Assembly: GCA_963777155.1 (NCBI GenBank)
Contig: CAVZPM010000038.1
Location: 1 to 64,000, forward strand
Reading direction: 5' to 3'
DNA: 64,000 nucleotides
DNA from: Candidatus Bathyarchaeota archaeon
GTDB lineage: Archaea > Thermoproteota > Bathyarchaeia > Bathyarchaeales > Bathycorpusculaceae
The notes under the pieces were generated by a model. It did not search any database and was not told where the DNA came from. It worked only from the letters and a program-made list of their open reading frames with translations. The translations under genes were made by a program, and so were the position numbers. Shown here one piece after another: positions 42,763-52,168 of this stretch. Positions within the stretch are counted from its first letter, which is position 1; every line of letters begins with the position of its first letter.

Positions 42763-43587
42763 ATGAGAAACCAAAATGATTGGCAACAAATCCTGCACGA
42801 ATGTAAAAACAAGGTGCAAACAGCCATTAAACCCTGCCTCAAAAACCTAAAGGAAACAGAGTCGAATCTGGGTACAGGTGCAGGCGGCGACTTGATGAAG
42901 CCTGTGGATTTAGCTGCGGAGACTGCAATCGTTGAAACACTAAAAGGACATGACGTTTCTTTTACGTTAATCAGTGAAGAGTCAGGCATCAAAAAGTACG
43001 GTTCAGAACCTCATGACTGCTATGTCACAGTTGACCCAATTGATGGAACAACGAATCTGGTGCATGGCTTACCCTTCTATGCTTCTTCAATTGCCATTTC
43101 CCAGAAACCAGAGCTCGCTGATGTTTATGCAGGCATGGTTGTTGATCTTGCGCATGATGTGGCATACACGGCTTTTGAAGGCATGGGTGCTTTTCGAAAT
43201 GGCAAAAAAATCGAAACCTCCAGAGTTGAAACCTTAGATGACGCAGTCGTTGGTTTGGACTTAAACACCTATAAAGCCAAAGATGTTGTATCGAAAGTCA
43301 CTGCGTTAATTGTTAACACAAAACATATCAGACATTTTGGCGCCAACGCCCTCGAGGTCTGCTTTGTCGCGGATGGTTTAACCGATGCCTTTATTGATTT
43401 GCGGGGAAAAATCCGCACCACTGATGTCGCCGCAGGGTTTCTCATCGTTAAAGAGGCAGGCGGTATAGTATCCACCCCAGATAATCAAGCCTTAAATGTC
43501 AAGTTGGATCCCACGCAAAGGTTAAGCTTCATAGCTTCAGCTAATCTTGAGATTCATAGAAAAATCGTAAGCTTGGTTAAACCCTGA
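42763..43587 (+). CDS. Inositol monophosphatase/FBPase family
   Basis: ISEE, VDPIDGTTN, DVAAGFLIVKEAGG. Confidence 0.92.
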   Translation: MRNQNDWQQILHECKNKVQTAIKPCLKNLKETESNLGTGAGGDLMKPVDLAAETAIVETLKGHDVSFTLISEESGIKKYGSEPHDCYVTVDPIDGTTNLVHGLPFYASSIAISQKPELADVYAGMVVDLAHDVAYTAFEGMGAFRNGKKIETSRVETLDDAVVGLDLNTYKAKDVVSKVTALIVNTKHIRHFGANALEVCFVADGLTDAFIDLRGKIRTTDVAAGFLIVKEAGGIVSTPDNQALNVKLDPTQRLSFIASANLEIHRKIVSLVKP

Positions 43588-44429
43588 TGTTAAATCTGCT
43601 TTTACCCAACCCTGCAGCTATAGCAAAATCAGATAAAACCAAGACTCTTCTTATCGCTGATCCGCATTTGGGCTGGGAAATGCAGCTTCAAGAAAAAGGC
43701 ATCCATGTACCGAGTCAAACATCCAAAATACTCAACAAGTTAACTGCAATTATATGCAAGTACAAACCCGATAGGCTGGTTATTCTTGGCGACGTAAAAT
43801 ACACGGTGGTTTCGCATGAGTTTGGTGAGTGGCAAGATATTCCAGATTTTTTTAGAAAACTTCAAGATATTATTGGCAATATAGCTATCGTGCGGGGTAA
43901 TCATGACGCAAATTTAGAACCGTTGCTGCCAGAGAGTATTGAGCTTCTGCCTGCGACGGGGGAAGTAATCGGGGACGTTGGGGTTTTTCACGGCCACAAA
44001 TGGCCTTCGCCAGCGCTTTTAGGGTGCAAAACATTGGTTATGGGACATCTTCACCCTGTGGTTGTTTTTCATGACCCAGCAGGTTTTAAGATGACAAGGC
44101 AAGTGTGGATGAAGACTAAGGTTGATAGCGAAGGTTTAGCCAAGATTTTACTTAAGAAGGCTGGCGTAAAAATAGAGAATTCAGTAACTGAAACCCTGAG
44201 GAAACATTACAGTGTCAAACTCAAAGCTTCTGAACTCTACATAATGCCTAGTTTCAATGATTTTCTAGGTGGTAGACCCGTAAACGAAACAAGACCGCGG
44301 AAAGATATCGGTAGTGAAAAGTTGATTGGGCCTGTTTTGCGTTCGGAGGCGGTGGATGTTGATGATGCCGAGCTTTACCTTTTAGACGGCACTTTTCTTG
44401 GATCTTTAAATCAGCTTCGGCAATTGTGA
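43587..44429 (+). CDS. Metallophosphoesterase
   Basis: ADPHLG, ILGD, RGNHD, FHGH, GHLHP. Confidence 0.9.
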   Translation: MLNLLLPNPAAIAKSDKTKTLLIADPHLGWEMQLQEKGIHVPSQTSKILNKLTAIICKYKPDRLVILGDVKYTVVSHEFGEWQDIPDFFRKLQDIIGNIAIVRGNHDANLEPLLPESIELLPATGEVIGDVGVFHGHKWPSPALLGCKTLVMGHLHPVVVFHDPAGFKMTRQVWMKTKVDSEGLAKILLKKAGVKIENSVTETLRKHYSVKLKASELYIMPSFNDFLGGRPVNETRPRKDIGSEKLIGPVLRSEAVDVDDAELYLLDGTFLGSLNQLRQL

Positions 44430-44508
44430 CCAGTTAGGGATTGCTACGCTAACTCTTATATCTGCCACATATTATATGCATGATATAGTTTGAGGAGGAT
44501 AAAACAAA

Positions 44509-44661
44509 TTGAAATTAGTAACAGTCCTATTACCAGAAGCTTACCTTGAAGGTTTAGATGAGTTAGTCCGAGCCAACATGTACCCAAGCAGAAGCAGCGT
44601 TATCAGGTCTTCGGTTCGCGACTTGCTTAAAAAAGAGCTTTGGGAAAACAAACGCAGATAA
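44509..44661 (+). CDS. Ribbon-helix-helix (CopG/CdrS-like) regulator, 50 aa, not in ORF track
   Basis: MKLVTVLLPEAYLEGLDELVRANMYPSRSSVIRSSVRDLLKKE; GAGGAGG RBS, TTG start. Confidence 0.88.
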   Translation: MKLVTVLLPEAYLEGLDELVRANMYPSRSSVIRSSVRDLLKKELWENKRR

Positions 44662-44670
44662 AAACTGCGA

Positions 44671-45438
44671 CTATATCCCTTTTATTGAATCATAGAGCGT
44701 ACGGGCGGTTAGGGCTGGGTCACCCGAGTTAGTTATTTCTCTTCCAACGATCAAGTAACTGGCACCTGCTTTAATCGCTGTTTCCGCGGCACCGCCCTGC
44801 GCTCCTACACCTGGCGCATAAATGGCAACCTTTTCACCGAGTATCTGCTTGACTTCAGAAATCTTTTGAGGAACCGTGGCTCCTACCACCACGCCATCAG
44901 CGCCCCATTTTAAAGCTTTCTGGGCAAAAGAAACATATTGTGGGATTTGTTGGTTTGTTTCTTGGTCAATTATTGTTTGCCCGTAGCCTTCGCTTGCGCC
45001 TTTGTGACTCATATAAGTGAGAAGTATGACACCTCGATTGAGCCTTTTTGAAACATCGAAGAGCGGTTTTAAGCCTTCTTCCCAACCAACGAAAGGGTTA
45101 GCAATTATTGCATCAAATCCCGCGGCAAAATAGTATTCAGCGATTACTTGGTTAGTGTTGCCGATGTCGTTGACTTTGGCATCCATGATTGCAAGCATGC
45201 CCTCGCCACGTATTCGCTCCACAAGCTCCTGTACCCCATCAAAGGTGCCAAGAGGCAGAGTCAAATGATGATTAATCTTAACCGCACAAACGTAGGGGTG
45301 AACAGCTTTGAGTACCCTTTGCGCCTTACCCAAGATCTTGTCTCGGTTCACAGCAGCTTCGAAGGGAAAATCCAACGCCAATACTAAGCGAGAATTCTTG
45401 CTTTTTTCTGCTTCCTGCATTTTCGTTTTAAACGACAA
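44671..45438 (-). CDS. pyrF: Orotidine-5'-phosphate decarboxylase
   Basis: LALD, AVK, DAKVNDIGNT, VVGAT, PGVGAQGG, IVGR. Confidence 0.95.
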   Translation of the reverse strand: MSFKTKMQEAEKSKNSRLVLALDFPFEAAVNRDKILGKAQRVLKAVHPYVCAVKINHHLTLPLGTFDGVQELVERIRGEGMLAIMDAKVNDIGNTNQVIAEYYFAAGFDAIIANPFVGWEEGLKPLFDVSKRLNRGVILLTYMSHKGASEGYGQTIIDQETNQQIPQYVSFAQKALKWGADGVVVGATVPQKISEVKQILGEKVAIYAPGVGAQGGAAETAIKAGASYLIVGREITNSGDPALTARTLYDSIKGI

Positions 45439-45586
45439 TCGGTTATGCCTCTTTATGTAATGTTTAGCGCTTAACTATTTCATTTTTTCCGTTAAAAAAG
45501 AGTTAAGCCTTTGAGGTTTATCGAGTCTTAAAATTTTCCCTTCTCAATCTGGCTATAACTAACACTAAAGAGATGGGGAAAAAGGG

Positions 45587-46276
45587 TTAGACGTTCCAGA
45601 CTGTGCAGCTAATAAGTTTCCATGTGATGGCTTCGGTCTTTAAGGGGTTGTTATAGGCAGTCATGTTGTTTAAGTTAACAAGCATACCTGTTGCTTTATC
45701 AAAGTAAACGGCGGTGAAGTCGTAGCGTAATGTGCCTTGTGTTGGGTCGTTGACGTCATAGAACTCGTTTTCGATAAACCAATAGTTTCTTTGGCGAGTG
45801 CTGTCAGCATATGTTTTGGTATCTGTCGCGTTAACGGTTAATCTATCATCGGTTGGGCGTATCGGATCTCCTACTTTTAGGTTAGCTGAGTAGATAGCCC
45901 AGAATCCGTTTTCGACACTTTCTCGACCATCTGTCAAATTAATCGTTAGCTGTCCATTCACCTCTGTCCCGTTTAGGAACCGCCATACCGTACTAAGAGA
46001 AACATTTGTGTCGCTGATCCCTGCAACTGATACTTTGTAATAATCAGTCTGGTTGTACTGCTCAAACCCAGGGCTTACTGTTGCCTCCTCACTTTGCAAC
46101 GTTGAAATTCCCGTAATACTATAAGTAAAGCTGTCACCAACATGAACACCGACCGTCGCCTTCTTTAGAGGAGGCAGGGTTGCATAATATAATGCTACAA
46201 AGGCAACAACTATTATGACAACAAGAGAGATGGTTAGGTAGAGATTCTTGTGTGAACCTTTCTTTTTGAAAGCCAT
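45587..46276 (-). CDS. Hypothetical N-terminally anchored exported protein
   Basis: N-terminal TM, beta-rich body, YFDKATGML. Confidence 0.8.
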   Translation of the reverse strand: MAFKKKGSHKNLYLTISLVVIIVVAFVALYYATLPPLKKATVGVHVGDSFTYSITGISTLQSEEATVSPGFEQYNQTDYYKVSVAGISDTNVSLSTVWRFLNGTEVNGQLTINLTDGRESVENGFWAIYSANLKVGDPIRPTDDRLTVNATDTKTYADSTRQRNYWFIENEFYDVNDPTQGTLRYDFTAVYFDKATGMLVNLNNMTAYNNPLKTEAITWKLISCTVWNV

Positions 46277-46368
46277 AGCTTAACCATTGCTTAACTCAAG
46301 TATTTAGTTGTTTTCCCAAAAGTCATCTAGAGACAGCGGCATTTGCCTGAAGGTTAAATAGGTCAATT

Positions 46369-46743
46369 TTATAGAAATTTTATGTTGCTTTGACCGTCTT
46401 CCTTAGATTTGAATGATTCTGATTCAGAAGGGGTTTTTTCCTGGGTCTGCTTTTTGTTTAAACGAATCAGAAGCTTATGGTTTTTCTTAACCAAAACTAC
46501 ATCGGCTTCCTCTACATTCTCCGCCGTTACCTCTCCATTGTACTTCATTCGGTTAACATAACCCAATTCTTTTAGTTCGCTCATCAAAACCTCGCGTGAC
46601 TGCCGCAAAGCTTCGCTGGAAGTCTGTGGACCTCTCTCGAAGCAAAAAGTCAAAACCTTCTTTTCAGAATCATAGCTTGCCTTAGTGCCTTTGCCGATCT
46701 TTTCTACTTTACCCCATTCTATTTTTTCAGTGGGATTAGTCAA
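46369..46743 (-). CDS. Hypothetical protein
   Basis: 124-aa ORF co-oriented downstream of aIF2-alpha. Confidence 0.65.
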   Translation of the reverse strand: MTNPTEKIEWGKVEKIGKGTKASYDSEKKVLTFCFERGPQTSSEALRQSREVLMSELKELGYVNRMKYNGEVTAENVEEADVVLVKKNHKLLIRLNKKQTQEKTPSESESFKSKEDGQSNIKFL

Positions 46744-46757
46744 GTATCTGCTACCTT

Positions 46758-47547
46758 CTATTTTTCTCGTTTGAAGCTTCCATTTCCGCCGGCTTTAGTG
46801 ATGTTCTTCACTACGTTCTCACTTACTTTGTCAAGCACTTCTTCGGCGCGTTTCCAATTGTCAGCTGAAACTTCAACGCTGTATTTTGGGGCAGCTATAA
46901 CTGAAAATTCTATTTGGGCATCTTTTGCCTCTTGAGCTTTCTTGGCTCCTGTGAATGCTTGCTGGATACAGCGAACCCCGTTGGGTTTCATGCATCGAAC
47001 CTCGATGACGCCTCTGACCTTTACTGTCTTAATTTTTATGCGTTCCTCAGCAACTTGAACAATAACTTTAACGAGGTCGTCAGGGATATTGAGCTTTAGT
47101 TAAGACCTCTGAGCCTTCTTTAACCACTTTTTCGAAGCCATCGTATAAACCAAATTTTTCCTCAAGAATTGCTCCGGCTTTCTGATAGACTTCATGTATT
47201 GGTAAACCTGTTTTTTCTGCAACTGCATGCAGCAATGCGTCGCCTTTACGGTCTTTTTTCCAAGATTTAATTTTCTCGATTCTTTCACGTTTGGTTACTC
47301 GTCTTAGGGATAAGTCAATGTGTCCTTTTTCAATGTCTACGCGGAGAACTTTAAGGACCATTTTCTGGTTTTCACGAACGAAATCTCGAACGTTTCGTAT
47401 GCGGGCGCTGGAGATCTCGCTGATGTGGAGAAAACCGCGTCTGCTATACTCATCTAGGTTAGCGTATGCCCCGTAATCCATCACACTTTCAATTGTGGCA
47501 ATTACCAAGTCGCCGGATTCAGGCCATTCAGGTTTATGTTCAGACAT
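46758..47547 (-). CDS. eif2a: Translation initiation factor aIF-2 alpha, frameshifted near 47090
   Basis: S1 domain PESGDLVIAT...GFLHISEIS...KGHIDLSLRRV; C-terminal AAPKY...DNWKRAE. Confidence 0.93.
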
Positions 47548-47814
47548 TATCTACATCCTACTCAAGGAAGACCTATCTTTGTTTTGACTGGTTTGTATTG
47601 TATGTTAAAGATAAGTTTTTCTACCCAAAGAAACAGCTTTTGGAACACTTTAACGTTTTGATATGTTGATGCAGTGGAATTCGGATTCTCGATCTTGTGG
47701 AGGCATCACCGGCATTTCCCACTTTTTTCTTTAGTACAATCAAGCCTTTACGTTACTACAACAATTTTGGGAGATAAGAAAAGCGACTAACTCCAAATTT
47801 CCAAGCGCAGGTTC

Positions 47815-48078
47815 TCACCATACTATCTGGTTTATTTCAAGTTGTCTACGTATAACCTGTAATGATATATCCCAGCCAGTCAGATGATAAATTAATTCTT
47901 TGAAGTCGGGTAAATTCATATCCGTTTTTTCTTGCTCTTTGATAATGGTGTAAATTGTGGATAGAGGAAAAACTTCCAAATTAGGTAGAGAACTTCTTAC
48001 TTTCTTCGCAAGACGTACTAAATCTTCAGTTTGCATAATTTCTTTCTTTCTCCAAATAGCGTCTACTTTCTTGTTCAT
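47815..48078 (-). CDS. Hypothetical protein
   Basis: 87-aa ORF in the AT-rich region beside the tRNA-Leu island. Confidence 0.55.
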   Translation of the reverse strand: MNKKVDAIWRKKEIMQTEDLVRLAKKVRSSLPNLEVFPLSTIYTIIKEQEKTDMNLPDFKELIYHLTGWDISLQVIRRQLEINQIVW

Positions 48079-48391
48079 TTTAGAAAGATGCCTCGAGCCA
48101 GTTTATAGTTTTTTGAAAAATTCAGCAACCTTAATTGTCAACTTTAATCAATTTTTGCAAACTCAACTTGACAAAGCATGTTAAGTTTAGCAGATTTGCC
48201 ATTTTGAGACCAGAAGAACTTTACACTAAAAATCAGAACACCACACTGCTGGAACTCTCCGAAACAACGAATCTGACAAGAAAAGGATTCGTTGTTACAA
48301 GAAATATGCGAGTTTTAATTTGGGTATAATTCGGTAAAATCTTAATCTACGTAATTAGGTATAAGCAAAGAAAAAACTATTGGTGGTAGAA

Positions 48392-48484
48392 ATGGATTTA
48401 CATCAATTCATTTCCGATTTCCTAAATTCTTCGAACATACGCATCATTAAATTCGGAAGATTTGCAACAGAAGAGGAGTATTAA
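48392..48484 (+). CDS. 30-aa small ORF coupled to next gene
   Basis: MDLHQFISDFLNSSNIRIIKFGRFATEEEY; GGTGG RBS; TAATG stop/start overlap. Confidence 0.4.
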   Translation: MDLHQFISDFLNSSNIRIIKFGRFATEEEY

Positions 48485-48876
48485 TGATAAAAGAAGCACT
48501 AGATAAGAGCACATTCGGGCGACAATACCTCAATCTGGTCGGCAGAGATAGCTACATCGGAATAGAACTAACAGGGCAGGACACTGACGAACTTTACGCA
48601 GATTATTTAAAATCAGGCAAAAGTTTTGAGGATTGGGCGAGAAAACAAATGCCAGATAAAGTTTTCGCAGAGCTGAACGTGAAGATAACGAGTGTCATAA
48701 GCATCAAGGATACCGAGTATCTTGAGGATGCGTTGGCTGAAATCCTTCGCAAGATGGGACTGAAAGGCACAGTAAATAATCCTTGGGGAAATGACCTGAC
48801 AATCGAGAAGGGAGAAAGATGCCAAGAAATGAACATCAACAAATACCTTCTAAAAATCGGAGGATGCAGACTCTGA
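48484..48876 (+). CDS. Hypothetical protein
   Basis: 130-aa ORF with GAGGAG RBS. Confidence 0.65.
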   Translation: MIKEALDKSTFGRQYLNLVGRDSYIGIELTGQDTDELYADYLKSGKSFEDWARKQMPDKVFAELNVKITSVISIKDTEYLEDALAEILRKMGLKGTVNNPWGNDLTIEKGERCQEMNINKYLLKIGGCRL

Positions 48877-48960
48877 ATACCTTAGCGATTTTGACGCCAT
48901 GAGAATCTTTAGAAAACGCAAACTTTAACAAAACTATCACCCGAGCGGACCCCCATACGT

Positions 48961-48992
48961 TTTGCTTATATTGGTGCAGGGGGATTTGAACC
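48961..48992 (-). repeat. att-like copy of tRNA-Leu 3' end
   Basis: tggtgcaggggg-atttgaacc matches tggtgcagggggtgggattcgaacc at 49823 with a 4-nt deletion. The flanks are also similar. Confidence 0.65.
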
Positions 48993-49173
48993 GCCAATAC
49001 GCTGACGACATCGTCAATTCCTCGTGTTCTACGCAACCATCTTCCTTTTTTTTAGACGAATAGGTTGCCAGTCTTTTTTTGCTACAAAAAGAAGATGTGT
49101 TAGAGGCAGGGGAAGAAGTGCTATTGTCTACCAACAAAACAAAAATGGAGGATACCCCTTTGAGATTCTTATT

Positions 49174-49401
49174 CTAAACTGCAGTGACCAATTTTTCCGT
49201 TTCCAGTATTTTGGTTACGAGTTCCTTCCCTATGTTCTTGGACGCATCAAGAACTTCAATGCCTATTATACGACCTCTTTTGTCAAGGTCCATAATCACA
49301 TTTTCCGCTAGCTCTTCGCTTATGTCATACTTGGCTCTCCTAAGCCAAATGTACATGGCATCACTCTTCTCGCTGTATTCTACTCGCACCATAATCGTCA
49401 A
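49174..49401 (-). CDS. DUF2283 family protein (putative antitoxin)
   Basis: YSEKSDAMYI...MDLDKRGRIIGIEVLDAS. Confidence 0.88.
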   Translation of the reverse strand: MTIMVRVEYSEKSDAMYIWLRRAKYDISEELAENVIMDLDKRGRIIGIEVLDASKNIGKELVTKILETEKLVTAV

Positions 49402-49622
49402 GGTCTCCTAGTCCAGTAAACTGTCACGACGGTTATTTTATCGTTGCTCTTATCATAAATGACTTTCAGATACTTGTCTCCTTTCTTTTTGACTGCGATC
49501 ATTCTACCCGAACGAGACAGCGCAGTAAAGGAGGGCTGTGAAATCGCTTCTTCAACCTCTGTCTTCGAAATCTTCCTGAAATCCATTCTCGCCTCTGAAT
49601 GCTCGGTGTAAGTTATTCGCAT
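49398..49622 (-). CDS. DUF4258 family protein (putative RelE-like toxin)
   Basis: YTEHSEARMDFRKIS...LKVIY...VVTVY. Overlaps the DUF2283 gene. Confidence 0.85.
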   Translation of the reverse strand: MRITYTEHSEARMDFRKISKTEVEEAISQPSFTALSRSGRMIAVKKKGDKYLKVIYDKSNDKITVVTVYWTRRP

Positions 49623-49822
49623 TATTTACCTGTTCAGTCAATTAAACGCTCTGCGAATAAAACATTTGCTGCCTAACTTCTTTTGGAAGAAGATGATTAC
49701 TTTGTATGTTTCAATAGACTTTTTGACACGGATTATTCTCTCTTACCCGTCATAGAGAAAACTTCCACCGCCGAAAATTCTTCGTTTCAAGAGAAGATCA
49801 TGGGGCTTACTTTGTTTATGAG

Positions 49823-49910
49823 TGGTGCAGGGGGTGGGATTCGAACCCACGAACGCCTACGCGATAGGGTCCTAAGCCCTACTCCGTTGACCTGGCTTGG
49901 AGACCCCTGC
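49823..49910 (-). tRNA. tRNA-Leu(UAG) with encoded CCA
   Basis: GCAGGGG/CCCCTGC acceptor, TAGGG-CTTAGGA-CCCTA anticodon arm, long variable arm, GTTCGAATC. Confidence 0.95.
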
Positions 49911-50281
49911 ACACGGTTTGCGCAGTGTGAAATAGGCTAGGTTGCTTTAATATTTATTTGCCACTTCGTTTTCAGGTATTGTGTGGGTGTGGGGCTATAA
50001 AATTGCCCACTACACTGTGGGGTTTGGAAATGGTTGCTTTCTTGGTTTGGACTGTTTTCCTCTTAGGGTTTGAGTGTGGGAAGAGAGTTTAGCCCACACA
50101 GTCACCATGGACGCTATGTTGATAGTGCGGGTGTGAGTGTGGAAGCATGTTAACGTTACGATTGTGGGGTGGGCGGTTGGAGAAGGATTGTTTTTGGAGC
50201 TCTTCTTTGTTGCAACATGATAGTGTAACCGTAAGCTCTTTATTGCATACCGCAATCACTTTCAAGAAGAAAAAGAAAAAT

Positions 50282-50358
50282 GCCTTCGTAGCCTAGCCCG
50301 GTGGGGCGTTACCTTGGTAAGGTAATGGTCGCGGGTCCAAATCCCGCCGAAGGCTCCA
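50282..50358 (+). tRNA. tRNA-Thr(GGU) with encoded CCA
   Basis: GCCTTCG/CGAAGGC acceptor, TTACC-TTGGTAA-GGTAA anticodon arm, GCGGG-TCCAAAT-CCCGC T arm. Confidence 0.92.
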
Positions 50359-50456
50359 CAACTCGCACCGATTCTTTAAATTAAGTTGATTTGAATTCTG
50401 ATTCAAGTCATCAATTCTATGACTTGGGCGAGAATTAATTTCTTATTTTTGGCAGA

Positions 50457-50681
50457 CTAACGCTTGAAAATAATTAGGTAGTTTTTATTCTCTTCGATGG
50501 AAAACATTGTATTCTTGAGAAATAACTCAATTTGTGATCGGTCATAGTTGCCTTTAATTTTCAATTGGTACTTGTCTGGTTTTCTCTGTTCAACTATAAC
50601 TAAATTAGGTTGAACATAACCTTGGGCAACTAACTCGGTAAATAGAGCTACCGCTTCTTTCCTATTCAATTTGTTCCCCAT
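50457..50681 (-). CDS. Hypothetical protein
   Basis: 74-aa ORF with protein-like composition. Confidence 0.6.
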   Translation of the reverse strand: MGNKLNRKEAVALFTELVAQGYVQPNLVIVEQRKPDKYQLKIKGNYDRSQIELFLKNTMFSIEENKNYLIIFKR

Positions 50682-50922
50682 GGTCCTTGCCTGCTTGCCA
50701 CACTAATAACACTTTGGTAGGTCCAAAAAAAACCGACCCAAATTTGGTGTCAGCAGAATGTGAAGAAAAAGTTGCAAAAATCGTCTCTCACTTGCGATTA
50801 AAGTCCAAACTGCACGCAGGGAAGATACGAAAAATACCGTAGAACATTCTCAATAATAGAGGGCTGTTTTTGGAAAAAGCTTCTTATTCGATGGTATCGA
50901 GTATTTCTCCTGAGGGGAAACC

Positions 50923-52168
50923 GTGGTTGACTTCTCGTTTGCCAAACGCGAGATTATTATTTTAGCTTTGGTGCTCTCCGTTTCCGCCTTAGTCAGGGCT
51001 CTACTATTTCCCATGCAGGGGTTTCCCACTGACACAGGAGATTTCATCTCTTGGTTTACAACTGCCTCTCAGCACGGCATAAGACCATTCTATTCCCTAG
51101 CAGGCTTCGCCGATTACCCTCCCTTTAACGTTTATATCTTCTGGGCGTTCGGATCACTTGCAAACGCTCTCAACCTAAACATGGCAGCAATGGTTAAAGT
51201 TGTTCCGAACCTTTTCGATTTGGCGACGGCAACACTGATTTTCTTTTTTGTTAGAAAACAGTCATCCCTTAATGTAGCCCTTGCATCTACAGCACTCTAC
51301 ACGTTTAACCCCGCGGTAATCTATAACACGGCGATTTGGGGGCAATTTGACGCCGTCTACACCTTCTTTCTTGTCTTGTCAGTTATGCTTGCATTAAAAT
51401 CCAAACCAGTACCCTCTGCAGTAGTGTTTGCGCTTGGGCTTCTAACCAAACCACAAGGTATAGCTTTGCTCCCATTGATTATTCTGTTGATTTACAAGAA
51501 GAATGGGTTGAGAAAGTTGTTGTTTTCTGTGCTTGCGTTCGCAACCACGGTTTTTGTTGTTGTTTTACCCTTTGAAGAACATTTCAATTTCTTTTCTAAC
51601 GAATATCTATTCCTCTGGCTATGCCTACTATAATTATGGTTCAGTCAACGCTTTTAACTTGTGGGGTTTGCTTGGGTTAACTTGGGTGCATGACGGTAGT
51701 CTATATGTTGTAGGTTGGGTTTTGTTTGGGGCATTCGCAGCTTTCACCTTGTATGTTGTGCATAAGCGTTTTCACGTTTCGGGGGATTATTTGGCGATTT
51801 TTGCAGCATTCATGTTGCTGTTTTGCTTTTTTATGTTGCCCACACGGATTCATGAGCGCTATATGTTTCCAGCGATAAGCATGTTAGCTCTAATGTTCCC
51901 CTTAATCAAAAAAACACGTTTAATTTATGCCACACTGACTGCAACGCTTTTTCTCAATGAAGCTGTGGTTCTCAATTGGCTCAATAACGGTTATCCTTCT
52001 GATTTTCCTTTTGACCCTGTGATTTTGGCTGTAAGCGCTATTAATTTATTGATGCTCGCTTATGCTTCAATACTAATGTGGCACGAGCTAAAAGGACACG
52101 TATGGCTCAAAGTCGAACCTACCCCTGCCGCACTAAACCAAACCCAATCGAGAGATGAGCCAAAATGA
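50923..52168 (+). CDS. GT-C fold membrane glycosyltransferase, frameshift near 51585
   Basis: DYPP, FNPAVIYNTAIWGQFD, LTKPQ, SVNAFNLW, TRIHERY. Confidence 0.85.

Noticed and set aside
47650-47725. Possible structured RNA or small ORF upstream of eif2a
   Set aside because: Only weak pairing, no complete C/D or H/ACA box set, and no recognisable peptide.
49683-50255. ORFs 49683-49940 and 50010-50255
   Set aside because: The first is antisense to tRNA-Leu. The second lies in the inter-tRNA spacer and lacks protein-like features.
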